Positions 1-8,109 of a stretch of 64,000 nucleotides of DNA are shown here, piece after piece. Numbering within the stretch: the stretch's first letter is position 1; every line of letters begins with the position of its first letter. The translations under genes and the position numbers were made by a program. The notes under the pieces were generated by a model. It searched no databases. It was given only the letters and a program-made list of their open reading frames with translations, and had not been told where the DNA came from. Source of the DNA: an uncultured Chloroflexia bacterium (GTDB taxonomy: Bacteria > Chloroflexota > Limnocylindria > Limnocylindrales > CSP1-4); contig CAWFXA010000002.1 of NCBI GenBank assembly GCA_963819655.1, forward strand, positions 1,280,001 through 1,344,000. Reading direction: 5' to 3'.

Positions 1-1
1 G

Positions 2-562
2 ATCGACGCGGCGCGCGAAGCCGGCCTGGACCCGATCAAGGTCAACATGGTCGTCCGACGCGGTGTCAACGAGTCGTCGGTCGTGCCGATGGCGCGCTGG
101 GCGCGCGACACAGGCGTCACGCTCCGGTTCATCGAGTACATGGATGTCGGCCATTCGAACGGCTGGCGGTTGGACGAGGTCGTGCCGGCGGCGGAGCTCA
201 TCGACACGGTGACCGGCGTCTGGCCCGCTGCGCCGGTCGACGCCGGCTATCGCGGTGAGGTCGCCGGCCGCTGGCGGTACGCGGATCTGCGCGGCGAGTT
301 CGGGATCATCTCGTCGGTCACGCGGCCGTTCTGCCGCGACTGCACGCGGGCCCGCCTGTCGGCCGACGGCAAGCTGTACACATGCCTGTTCGCCGTGAGC
401 GGGCGCGACGTCCGGGCGGTCCTCCGCGACGGCTCGTCCGACGAGGCGCTGGTGACGTTCCTCGCCGAGACATGGCGCGCCAGGGACGACCGCTACTCGG
501 AGCTGCGCGCACAGTCGACGTCCGATCTGCCGAAGATCGAGATGTTCGCGATGGGCGGCTGA
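2..562 (+). CDS. moaA: GTP 3',8-cyclase MoaA (5'-truncated by window edge)
   Basis: Open frame from position 2; RFIEYM motif, C-terminal CxxCx(13)C cluster (FCRDCTRARLSADGKLYTCLF) and terminal MFAMGG double-glycine. Confidence 0.95.
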   Translation: MDAAREAGLDPIKVNMVVRRGVNESSVVPMARWARDTGVTLRFIEYMDVGHSNGWRLDEVVPAAELIDTVTGVWPAAPVDAGYRGEVAGRWRYADLRGEFGIISSVTRPFCRDCTRARLSADGKLYTCLFAVSGRDVRAVLRDGSSDEALVTFLAETWRARDDRYSELRAQSTSDLPKIEMFAMGG

Positions 563-589
563 GCGCCGCCCGGCGCCCCCGACCCCCGT

Positions 590-676
590 TCATCCACAGG
601 GTTATCCACACGCCGGCCACAGCCCGGATATTCCCGTGGACAGCCGTCACGAGATCGGTCCGATGTTCGTGGATAA
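590..676. promoter_or_regulatory. DnaA-box cluster
   Basis: TTATCCACA 602-610 (perfect), TCATCCACA 590-598, reverse-strand TTATCCACG 668-676 and CTGTCCACG 635-643. Confidence 0.7.
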
Positions 677-681
677 GCGCG

Positions 682-711
682 TTGACCGTCGGTTGAGCCG
701 GCCGATACCGT
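682..711 (+). promoter_or_regulatory. Putative sigma70 promoter
   Basis: TTGACC (682-687), 18-nt spacer, TACCGT (706-711), ending about 7 nt before the structured region. Confidence 0.5.
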
Positions 712-718
712 AGGTCTT

Positions 719-906
719 GCCCGAAGGGGCCGACAGGACGCAGAAACCGAGATCACATCAAGGGCCTTCGTCCGCCGCCGGTCGCTTCGGGCGCTTCGTT
801 GCCCGCGGTCGCGCGGCCGTCTCACCGCGGCCCCGTCCACGGGAAGGCGCCCGACGGGACGCGATCGGCATCCCGGTGTCGATACTTCCGTCGGGCGCGA
901 CGAAGC
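719..906 (+). ncRNA. Putative structured RNA or 5' leader of unknown family
   Basis: Two adjacent closed domains (GCCCGAAG/CTTCGGGC 719-792; GCTTCGTTGC/GCGACGAAGC 793-906) with internal hairpins; non-canonical pairs are G-U on the plus strand. Confidence 0.5.
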
Positions 907-919
907 CTCCCCCCGTTCC

Positions 920-950
920 GGCCACCCCGGCCACCCCGGCCACCCCGGCC
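920..950 (+). repeat. 9-bp tandem repeat (GGCCACCCC) x3+
   Basis: Read directly from sequence. Confidence 0.85.
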
Positions 951-982
951 TGTCATGCTGGCCACCCATGCCGGAGGCCGCC

Positions 983-1876
983 ATGTCTGATGCCGCCACT
1001 GTGACCCTCGACCCCAGCCAGCCGATTCCCCCGAGCGCCCAACCAGAGCGCATCGCCGCGTTGGTCGCCGCCGTGCGTGACAGGACGAACGTCGTGCCGG
1101 ACGTCGGGATCGTGCTCGGGTCGGGATTGGGCGGCCTCGCGGACGAGCTGGAAGCGCCGGTGGCGATCCCGTTCGACGTCCTGCCGGGTTGGCCGGCGGC
1201 GACAGCCCCGGGGCACGTGGGCAGGCTCCTGGTCGGGCGCCTCGGCGGTCGCCCGGTGGTGATGCTTCAGGGCCGGTTCCACCTCTACGAGGGAAACGCT
1301 CCAGGCTTGGTCGTCCAGCCGGTGCTGCTCTTCCGCGCCCTTGGAGCCCGGATCGTGGTGCTGACGAACGCAGCCGGGGGGCTGGATCCGTCCTTCGGTC
1401 CCGGGACGCTCATGATCCTGAACGATCACATCAACCTGACCGGGCGGTCGCCGCTGATCGGCCGCAACGCCGACACACTCGGCCCGCGCTTCCCGGACAT
1501 GACCGAGGCCTGGAGCCCGCGGCTCCGGACACGCCTGCACGCCGCTGCGGCTGACGAGGGCGTCGACGTCCGCGAGGGCGTCTATGTCGGCCTCGCCGGC
1601 CCGAGCTACGAGACGCCGGCCGAGGTGCGGATGCTGGCCGCACTCGGGGGTGACGCGGTCGGCATGTCGACCGTCCTCGAATGCATCGCTGCCCGCTGGG
1701 TCGGCCTCGAGGTCTGCGGGGTGTCGCTGGTCACCAACGCCGGGGCGGGGTACAGCGGCGAGCTGCTGACCCATGAGGAGGTCCTCGAAGCGGGCTCTGT
1801 CGCCGGTCCCCGGCTCGCCCGCGTGATCCGCCGCTTCGTGACCGACCTGGGCGATGAGGCGGTGGGGGCCGGATGA
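983..1876 (+). CDS. punA: Purine-nucleoside phosphorylase (trimeric, PunA/XapA type)
   Basis: IVLGSGLG, GHVG, QGRFHLYEG, TNAAGG, GPSYET, VGMST motifs; GGAGG RBS before ATG 983. Confidence 0.92.
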   Translation: MSDAATVTLDPSQPIPPSAQPERIAALVAAVRDRTNVVPDVGIVLGSGLGGLADELEAPVAIPFDVLPGWPAATAPGHVGRLLVGRLGGRPVVMLQGRFHLYEGNAPGLVVQPVLLFRALGARIVVLTNAAGGLDPSFGPGTLMILNDHINLTGRSPLIGRNADTLGPRFPDMTEAWSPRLRTRLHAAAADEGVDVREGVYVGLAGPSYETPAEVRMLAALGGDAVGMSTVLECIAARWVGLEVCGVSLVTNAGAGYSGELLTHEEVLEAGSVAGPRLARVIRRFVTDLGDEAVGAG

Positions 1877-3003
1877 CGGCCCGAGGGTCGGCGCCGGTGC
1901 TCAGCCGGCGCGTCCTGAACAGGACGCTCCTGGCGCGACAGCTGCTGCTCGAGCGCGTCGATCGGCCGGTGGTGGAGGTGATCGAGCATCTCGTCGGGAT
2001 GCAGGCGCAGGAGCCGCCCGATCCGTACGTCGGCCTGTGGTCGCGCATCGCCGGCTTCGACCCGCAGGACCTGAGCCGCCTGATCGAGGAGCGCGGGGCC
2101 GTCCGGATGGGGCACCTGCGCGGCACGCTGCACCTCGTGACGGCGCGCGACGCCACGGCGCAGTACCCGATCCTCGCCGACGTCATGGCCCGCTCGTGGC
2201 GCAGCAGCCCGTTCGTGAAGCGACTCGTCGGCGTCGACATGGATGCGGTGATCGCGCGCGCGCGCGAAGTGCTGGAAGAACGGCCGCGGACGCCGAGTGA
2301 GCTCGGTGCGGCACTCGCGCCGGGATGGCCCGACCGCGATGCCACGTCGCTGGCGTACGCCGCCAGGTTCCTGCTGCCGCTCGTTCAGGTCACGCCCCGC
2401 GGCCTGTGGCAGAAGACGGGCCGACCGACCAACACCACTGCGGAGGCGTGGCTGGGCCGTGGGATGGACCCGACCCCGAGCGTCGATGGCCTCATCCTGC
2501 GCTACCTGGCGGCCTTCGGGCCGGCGACGGTGAGCGACATGCGGGTCTGGTCGTGGCTGACCGGCCTGCGCGAGGTCGTGGAGCGCCTGCGCCCGAGGCT
2601 GCGGACGTTCCAGGACGAGGGAGGCCGCGAGTTGTTCGACGTGCCGGACGGCCTGATCGCGGACGCGGGCCTGCCTGCCCCGGTCCGGTTCCTGCCCTTC
2701 TACGACAACGTCATCCTGTCGCACGACGACCGATCAAGGATCCTGACGGCAGGACTGACCATCAACGAGTTGACGTGGAAGGGCGGGGTCCTCGTCGACG
2801 GGTTCATTTGCGCGGGGTGGCGCGTGAACCGTGACGGCGGCGGCAAGGCCCGCGGCGGTCGCACCGCCACGAACATGGTGACACTGTACGCCCCGGTCAC
2901 GGGCGCCCAGCGTGCCGAGATCGAGGAGGAGGCCGGGCGCGTCCTGGCCTTCGTGGCGGGCGACGCGGAGAGCCGCCGGGTCGAGCTGGTCGACGCCGGC
3001 TAG
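1873..3003 (+). CDS. AlkZ/YcaQ-family (HTH_42) winged-helix DNA glycosylase
   Basis: LNRTLLARQLLL, QAQ catalytic motif, GLWSR, RGTLH, RYLAAFGPAT, RFLPFYDN. Confidence 0.85.
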   Translation: MTARGSAPVLSRRVLNRTLLARQLLLERVDRPVVEVIEHLVGMQAQEPPDPYVGLWSRIAGFDPQDLSRLIEERGAVRMGHLRGTLHLVTARDATAQYPILADVMARSWRSSPFVKRLVGVDMDAVIARAREVLEERPRTPSELGAALAPGWPDRDATSLAYAARFLLPLVQVTPRGLWQKTGRPTNTTAEAWLGRGMDPTPSVDGLILRYLAAFGPATVSDMRVWSWLTGLREVVERLRPRLRTFQDEGGRELFDVPDGLIADAGLPAPVRFLPFYDNVILSHDDRSRILTAGLTINELTWKGGVLVDGFICAGWRVNRDGGGKARGGRTATNMVTLYAPVTGAQRAEIEEEAGRVLAFVAGDAESRRVELVDAG

Positions 3004-3167
3004 TCCGATCCGTGACAGGGCGCGCGACGGCCTCGCGACGGCCGCGCGACGCCCGAGCGACGGCCGCGCCGACAGCCGCGCCGACCGCCGCGCCGACCTT
3101 TGGTTTTTGATGCCTACCGGCCGCATCAAACACAGCTTCCGGGTCCAGGATGGCGGCCATCGACTCC

Positions 3168-3358
3168 CGGGCGCCACGTTGATCGGTCGTCTGCGGCCAC
3201 CCTGATGCGGCCCATGCGCATCAACAGATGAACGTCGACGCCGGCGCAGAAGATGTGCATCGGGCGCCACGTTGATCGGACGTCTGCGGACTCCCTGATG
3301 CGGCCCATGCGCATCAACCGGTGAACGTCGACGCCGGCGCAGAAGATGTGCATCGGGC
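3168..3358. repeat. 93-bp tandem duplication with internal palindromes
   Basis: Units start at 3168 and 3261 (CGGGCGCCACGTTGATCGG...AGAAGATGTGCAT); located between convergent genes. Confidence 0.9.
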
Positions 3359-3380
3359 TCGTGTGCGTCGTGGCGCCTTT

Positions 3381-3440
3381 GCGCACGGCGCGCCGCCCTC
3401 GCGCACGGCGCGCCGCCCTCGCGCCCGGCGCGGCGCCGTC
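3381..3440. repeat. 20-bp tandem repeat x3
   Basis: GCGCACGGCGCGCCGCCCTC x2 plus one degenerate copy. Confidence 0.8.
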
Positions 3441-3458
3441 GCCCGCGGCGCGAAACCC

Positions 3459-4319
3459 TCAGGTCTGTGGCAGCTCCCTGCCGGCCGCGCGCGCAGCCGC
3501 CGCCTTCTCGGCCCACGCGCCAAGGACGCTGTCCTTGTGGGGCCGGATCGGGCAGTGCTCGTCGCGGTTGCCGAACTCGTCGCAGTACCCCAGCGGCACG
3601 CACTTCGGCGCCAGGAACGAGCCCAGGAACGGCGACACTGTGAAGATCTGCTGGCGGATCAACTGGAACAGTCTTCGGATCTCCCACTGCGCCATCGTGC
3701 ACAACCGCAAGCCCGACATGTGGATGAGCGCCCGCAGGTTCGCAGTCATGACCAGGTTCGTCCGCGTGGCGTTCGGGAAGACGAACCGCGCATCCTCGCC
3801 GGGCAGCCCAGCCTCAACCATCTCCCCATACAGGTCGAGGGCCCCCGACACCTGCTCCTCGTAGCGACCGCGCAACTCGGGGTCGGCCTCGGCGATCGAG
3901 TGCGGCAGCATGGTCGCGGCGCCCTTGAACTTGACGTAGCGCTGGCTCTGCTGGTCGAACGCGACGCCCGCCCGATGGCGCACGAGTTGGTGGGACAGCG
4001 TCCGCGACACGCCGGTGATCCCGAACGTGAACACGATGTGCTCGATGGTCGAGCCGTGGCCGGACTCGATGACCGACGCGATCAGCTTCTGCATCTTGGC
4101 CGGGTCGAATTCGCCGTCGACCGACTTCCGGAAGATCTCCTCGGGTGGCATCTCCGAGTAGCACGTCCGACACGCGGTGTAGATGATCGGGACGTAGAAC
4201 TTCTCGACGATCTCGCGGTCGGGGAAGAGCAACGTGGCCGTCATCCCGAGTTCGCGCCGCCCGGGGTTCTTGGGGATGCCCGTCTTCGGGCGGGGCGCTG
4301 GGATCGGCTCGGCGGTCAT
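3459..4319 (-). CDS. thyX: FAD-dependent thymidylate synthase ThyX
   Basis: GHGSTIEH, VSRTLSHQLVRHR...QQSQRY, RLC..AQWEIR motifs; start chosen at ATG 4319 behind a TAGACT -10. Confidence 0.95.
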   Translation of the reverse strand: MTAEPIPAPRPKTGIPKNPGRRELGMTATLLFPDREIVEKFYVPIIYTACRTCYSEMPPEEIFRKSVDGEFDPAKMQKLIASVIESGHGSTIEHIVFTFGITGVSRTLSHQLVRHRAGVAFDQQSQRYVKFKGAATMLPHSIAEADPELRGRYEEQVSGALDLYGEMVEAGLPGEDARFVFPNATRTNLVMTANLRALIHMSGLRLCTMAQWEIRRLFQLIRQQIFTVSPFLGSFLAPKCVPLGYCDEFGNRDEHCPIRPHKDSVLGAWAEKAAAARAAGRELPQT

Positions 4320-4368
4320 CGACGGCCAGTCTATCGGACTCAGTAGTAGTCCGAGCAGGATGACTCGA

Positions 4369-7116
4369 TCATGATCCGACCTCAAGGTGCGCCGCGGGCG
4401 GGACACCTTCGGAAACCCCAAGGGCATACGCGACGACCTCGTCGAGTGACATCGCCGCCCCTTCGGCGGCCAGGACCCCCAACTCCTCGGGCGAGAGGAC
4501 CTGTGGTGGGGTCGACACGCCGAAGAGCATCTGCGTGTGCTCGACGTAGTCGGCAAGCTCCGTGCCCGTCCGCCGCTGGAAGTGGCGGGCCGCGCCCCAC
4601 AGCCGTCCCGCCCGCTCGAAGTCCTCGAGACCCGTCGCGATGATCGACAGGTCGTCGAGGACGAGGATCACGCCAGAGACATCGCCGGCCTCGTAGAAAT
4701 GCTGAAGGGCCTGACGGGCCAACTCGGTCGCCTCCTCCCAACGGCGCTGACCGGTGACCGACAGGCCGAGCATGTGGAGCGACCACGCCTCCATCGTTCG
4801 GTTGCCGGCCACGCGATGCATCTCGAGGGCCTTGCGATACCAGTCCTCTGCCTGCGGCGCGTCGGCACCGAAGTAGTAGAAGCTGCCAAGGCCCCATACC
4901 ACGTTGGCCTCGCCATTGGCATCGCCGATCTCCCGGTAGAGCTCCAGCGCTGCCTCAAGTCGGGCCCGTCCCTCCCTGACCTTCGGCGTCGCCGGACCGC
5001 CACGCATGATCTCGATGGCATCGGCGTAGGAGCGGTTATACAAGGCATTCGCGATCTCGCCCTTGTCCCCGAGCTCACGCCAGATGTCGAGCGCTTCCTG
5101 GTACCAGCGTGTCGAAGCGACCTCGTCCGACTGCCAGTAGGCGATGCCACCGGTGGCCTCCGCGAACCGGGCGCGGTCGACCGGCTCGAGGTCCCAGCCC
5201 TGCGCCGCCATCGCCTCGATGCGGGACCGCCCCTCGTTGAGGTATCCGCGCTGTTGCCAGAAGCGCCACAGGGCGAATGCAAGGCGTGCCCCGAGGGTCG
5301 GTTCGGGGCGGGCCGTCGCCCAGTCGAGCGCCGCCCGAAGGTTGTCGTGCTCTCGTTCCAGTCGCTCCAGCCACACGCGCTGCTCCGCGCCCGACAGGTG
5401 GGGTGCCGCCAGCTGCGCCAGGTCCAGCATCGCCGCCGCGTGCCGTGCCGCCATAACATCGGACTCGCCCCGTTGCTGCAGCATCTCGGCGGCGTATTCA
5501 CGGATGGTCTCCAGCATCGCGAAGCGCGGTTCGTCGGTCGTCTCGTCGAGACGGACGAGGCTCTGGTCGAGAAGCTCGCCGATGAGCTCGACGACGTCGC
5601 CGCCGATCTCGTCCGACGGGCCGCACACTGTCTCGGCCATCTCCAGGTCGAAGCCGCCGCGAAAGACCGACAGCCGGTCGACCAGTCGCCGCGCTCCGTC
5701 GTCGAGCAGGTCGTAGCTCCAGGCGATCGCGCCGCGCAGCGTCTGCTGGCGTTCCGGGACGTCGCGGGATCCGACCGTCAGCAGCTCGAGGTGATGCTCG
5801 AGCCGCGCCAGGATCTGGTCCGGCGTCAGGAGCTTGACCCGCGCCGCGGCGAGCTCGATGGCCAGCGGCATGCCCTGCAGACGCGCCGCGATCCCGGCCA
5901 CCGCGGGCGCGTTGGCGTTCGTGACGGCGAAGGCCGGGCGGACGGCGGTCGCCCGCGTGATGAACAGCCGGACCGCCTCGAACTGGGTCAGTGCCTCGAG
6001 ATCGAACTCGCGCAGGGCGCGCGGCAGGTTCAAGCGTTCGACCGCGGACAGGCGGCTGGTGTCGGGCGGTGCGGGCATGCCCGGCACCGGGTACTCCTGC
6101 TCGCCCGAGATCCGGAGCGGGATGCGCGTTGTGACGAGACATCTCACGTTCGGGCAGCGCCGCAGGAGGTCGGCGACATCCGGGCCCGCCTCCGTCACCT
6201 GCTCGAAGTTGTCGAGGACGAGCAGGACCCGCCGATCGCCGATCTCGGCGGCGACACGGTCGACTGCGCTTTGCGATTGGTTGTCGGCGAGGCCGAGGGT
6301 CCGCGCGATCGACGGCGCAACCAACGTCGGGTCGCGCACCGCGTCGAGTGCCACGAACCAGATCCCGTCAGGGAAGTCATCCGCCGCTGACGCCGCGACG
6401 TGGAGCGACAGCCGGGTCTTGCCCGTGCCGCCCGGACCCGTAAGGCTCAACAGCCGCGTCGTGCGCAGCAGTCCAGCCGCCTCAGCGAGCTCGCGCTCGC
6501 GCCCGACGAAGGTCGTGAGTTGCGTCGGGAGGTTGTTGGGTCGCGCATCGAGCGACCGGAGAGCGGGGAAATCGCCTGGCAGGCCCTCGACGACGAGCTG
6601 GGTCAGCCGCTCGGGCTCGCGAAGGTCCTTGAGCCGGTGCGGGCCCATATCGCGCAGGCCGACGTCATCCGGCAGGACGTCCGTCACCAGGGCCCGCGTG
6701 GCGTCGCTGAGCAGGACCTGGCCACCGTGCGCCAGCGCGGCGATGCGAGCCGTCCGATTGATGGCGTAGCCGATGACGTCGCGCCCGATCGACTGTACCT
6801 CGCCCGTGTGGATACCCATCCGCACCCGGACCTCCGTCGCGTCGGCCCACGGCTCCGCCGCGAGCGCGAGCTGAGCATCGGCCGCCGCCGACACGCCATC
6901 GATGGCCCGCCGGAAGAGCACGAAGAACGAGTCTCCTTCGGTCGACTGCTCGTAGCCGTCATGCGCCCGGAACGCCTTGCGCAGGAGCACCCGATGTCGC
7001 TCGAGCACGTCGCGGTAGGGGCCGGTCCCAAGCGCCAGCTCGAGCTTGGTCGACCCTTCGATGTCGGAGAACAGGCACGTGACAGTGCCTGTCGGCGGTC
7101 CCGGGACCTCGCGCAT
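4369..7116 (-). CDS. Class III adenylate/guanylate cyclase - P-loop (STAND-like) ATPase - TPR protein
   Basis: FSDIEGST, EGDSFF, RMGIHTG, INRTARI; GPGGTGKT, LLVLDNFE, GMPLAIELAA; C-terminal TPR-like helices. Start uncertain (7116 or about 7140). Confidence 0.9.
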   Translation of the reverse strand: MREVPGPPTGTVTCLFSDIEGSTKLELALGTGPYRDVLERHRVLLRKAFRAHDGYEQSTEGDSFFVLFRRAIDGVSAAADAQLALAAEPWADATEVRVRMGIHTGEVQSIGRDVIGYAINRTARIAALAHGGQVLLSDATRALVTDVLPDDVGLRDMGPHRLKDLREPERLTQLVVEGLPGDFPALRSLDARPNNLPTQLTTFVGRERELAEAAGLLRTTRLLSLTGPGGTGKTRLSLHVAASAADDFPDGIWFVALDAVRDPTLVAPSIARTLGLADNQSQSAVDRVAAEIGDRRVLLVLDNFEQVTEAGPDVADLLRRCPNVRCLVTTRIPLRISGEQEYPVPGMPAPPDTSRLSAVERLNLPRALREFDLEALTQFEAVRLFITRATAVRPAFAVTNANAPAVAGIAARLQGMPLAIELAAARVKLLTPDQILARLEHHLELLTVGSRDVPERQQTLRGAIAWSYDLLDDGARRLVDRLSVFRGGFDLEMAETVCGPSDEIGGDVVELIGELLDQSLVRLDETTDEPRFAMLETIREYAAEMLQQRGESDVMAARHAAAMLDLAQLAAPHLSGAEQRVWLERLEREHDNLRAALDWATARPEPTLGARLAFALWRFWQQRGYLNEGRSRIEAMAAQGWDLEPVDRARFAEATGGIAYWQSDEVASTRWYQEALDIWRELGDKGEIANALYNRSYADAIEIMRGGPATPKVREGRARLEAALELYREIGDANGEANVVWGLGSFYYFGADAPQAEDWYRKALEMHRVAGNRTMEAWSLHMLGLSVTGQRRWEEATELARQALQHFYEAGDVSGVILVLDDLSIIATGLEDFERAGRLWGAARHFQRRTGTELADYVEHTQMLFGVSTPPQVLSPEELGVLAAEGAAMSLDEVVAYALGVSEGVPPAAHLEVGS

Positions 7117-7136
7117 CGGCGTGTCGGGTCGGGTGG

Positions 7137-7565
7137 TCAGTGTCGGTGGGCCTCGGTCAGCTCGCGGAGACGGCCGGCCAGCCCCCGGAGGATCGCGAGC
7201 GCGACCGTGGGTTGCTCCTTCACGACGGCCTCGAAGTCCCAACTCGCGAGAGCCAGACAGACCACCGGCTCGTCCGCGATGACCTGGGCGATCCGCGGCT
7301 GACCGTCGAGGACGGACAGTTCCCCGAAGAAGTCGCCCGGGCCGAGCTTCGCGATAGTCTCGCCGTCCCGCACGACGCGCACGCTGCCAGTCGCCACGAG
7401 GAAGAATCCCGTCCCGACATCGCCCTGCCGGGCGATGACATGGTCCTTCGGGAACTCGACCTCCACGACCCGGCCGGCGATCCGCGCGATGCCCTCGGAA
7501 TCGACGCCCGCAAACAGCGGTGCGCGCGCCAGCAGGTCGGTCCGGTGGTCGTGGGTGAGCGTCAT
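7137..7565 (-). CDS. Stand-alone cyclic nucleotide-binding domain protein
   Basis: PLF, IARQGD, GPGDFFGELSVLDGQPRIA; GGAG RBS. Confidence 0.9.
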   Translation of the reverse strand: MTLTHDHRTDLLARAPLFAGVDSEGIARIAGRVVEVEFPKDHVIARQGDVGTGFFLVATGSVRVVRDGETIAKLGPGDFFGELSVLDGQPRIAQVIADEPVVCLALASWDFEAVVKEQPTVALAILRGLAGRLRELTEAHRH

Positions 7566-7686
7566 CGCGGTCTCCATCGTGGATCGTGATGCTGCGCTGC
7601 GTGACGGCGGAGCGTCAAGGTCAAGCATGACCGGTCGATGACGCTGGCGCCTTCCGGAGGCGGCGCTCGCGTGGCACGATGCGCGC

Positions 7687-8109
7687 ATGGCTGACCGGGA
7701 TGAGCTGATCGACGCGATCTCCGGGTTCGGGCTGTTCTCCGACCTCACGGCGCCGCAGCTCGAGGCCATCATCCACATCTTCGATGAGCGGATGTTCGCC
7801 GAGGGCGAGACGATCCTGCATCAGGGCCTGTCGGGCTCGGGGTTCTACGTGATCGTCGACGGGGAGGCCGTGGTCACCATCGATGGCGCCGAGCGGGCGC
7901 GGCTCGGTCGGGGCGACTTCTTCGGCGAGGTGTCGATCCTGCTCGGCGTGCCATCGATCGCCGACGTGGTGGCCACGCGCCAGCTGTCGTGCCTCGTCCT
8001 CGCGGGGAGCCAGGTCGAGCCGTTCATGATCAGCCACCCCAAGGTCATGTTCCGGATGCTCCAGGCGCAGGCCCGGCGGCTCCGGGCGGCGAACCGATGG
8101 GGGGCGTGA
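7687..8109 (+). CDS. Stand-alone cyclic nucleotide-binding domain protein
   Basis: GLF, ILHQG, GRGDFFGEVSILLGVPSIA (cassette Arg replaced by Ser). Confidence 0.88.
   Translation: MADRDELIDAISGFGLFSDLTAPQLEAIIHIFDERMFAEGETILHQGLSGSGFYVIVDGEAVVTIDGAERARLGRGDFFGEVSILLGVPSIADVVATRQLSCLVLAGSQVEPFMISHPKVMFRMLQAQARRLRAANRWGA

Noticed and set aside
3168-3358. Possible CRISPR array
   Set aside because: Only two near-identical 93-bp units, no unique spacers and no cas genes in the window
4334-4354. NrdR box upstream of thyX
   Set aside because: The TCGGACT-N7-AGTCCGA palindrome is real but does not match the NrdR consensus; function unassigned
4537-6390. 617-aa plus-strand ORF (and similar long antisense ORFs elsewhere)
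   Set aside because: Antisense shadows of real genes caused by high GC3; no recognisable motifs
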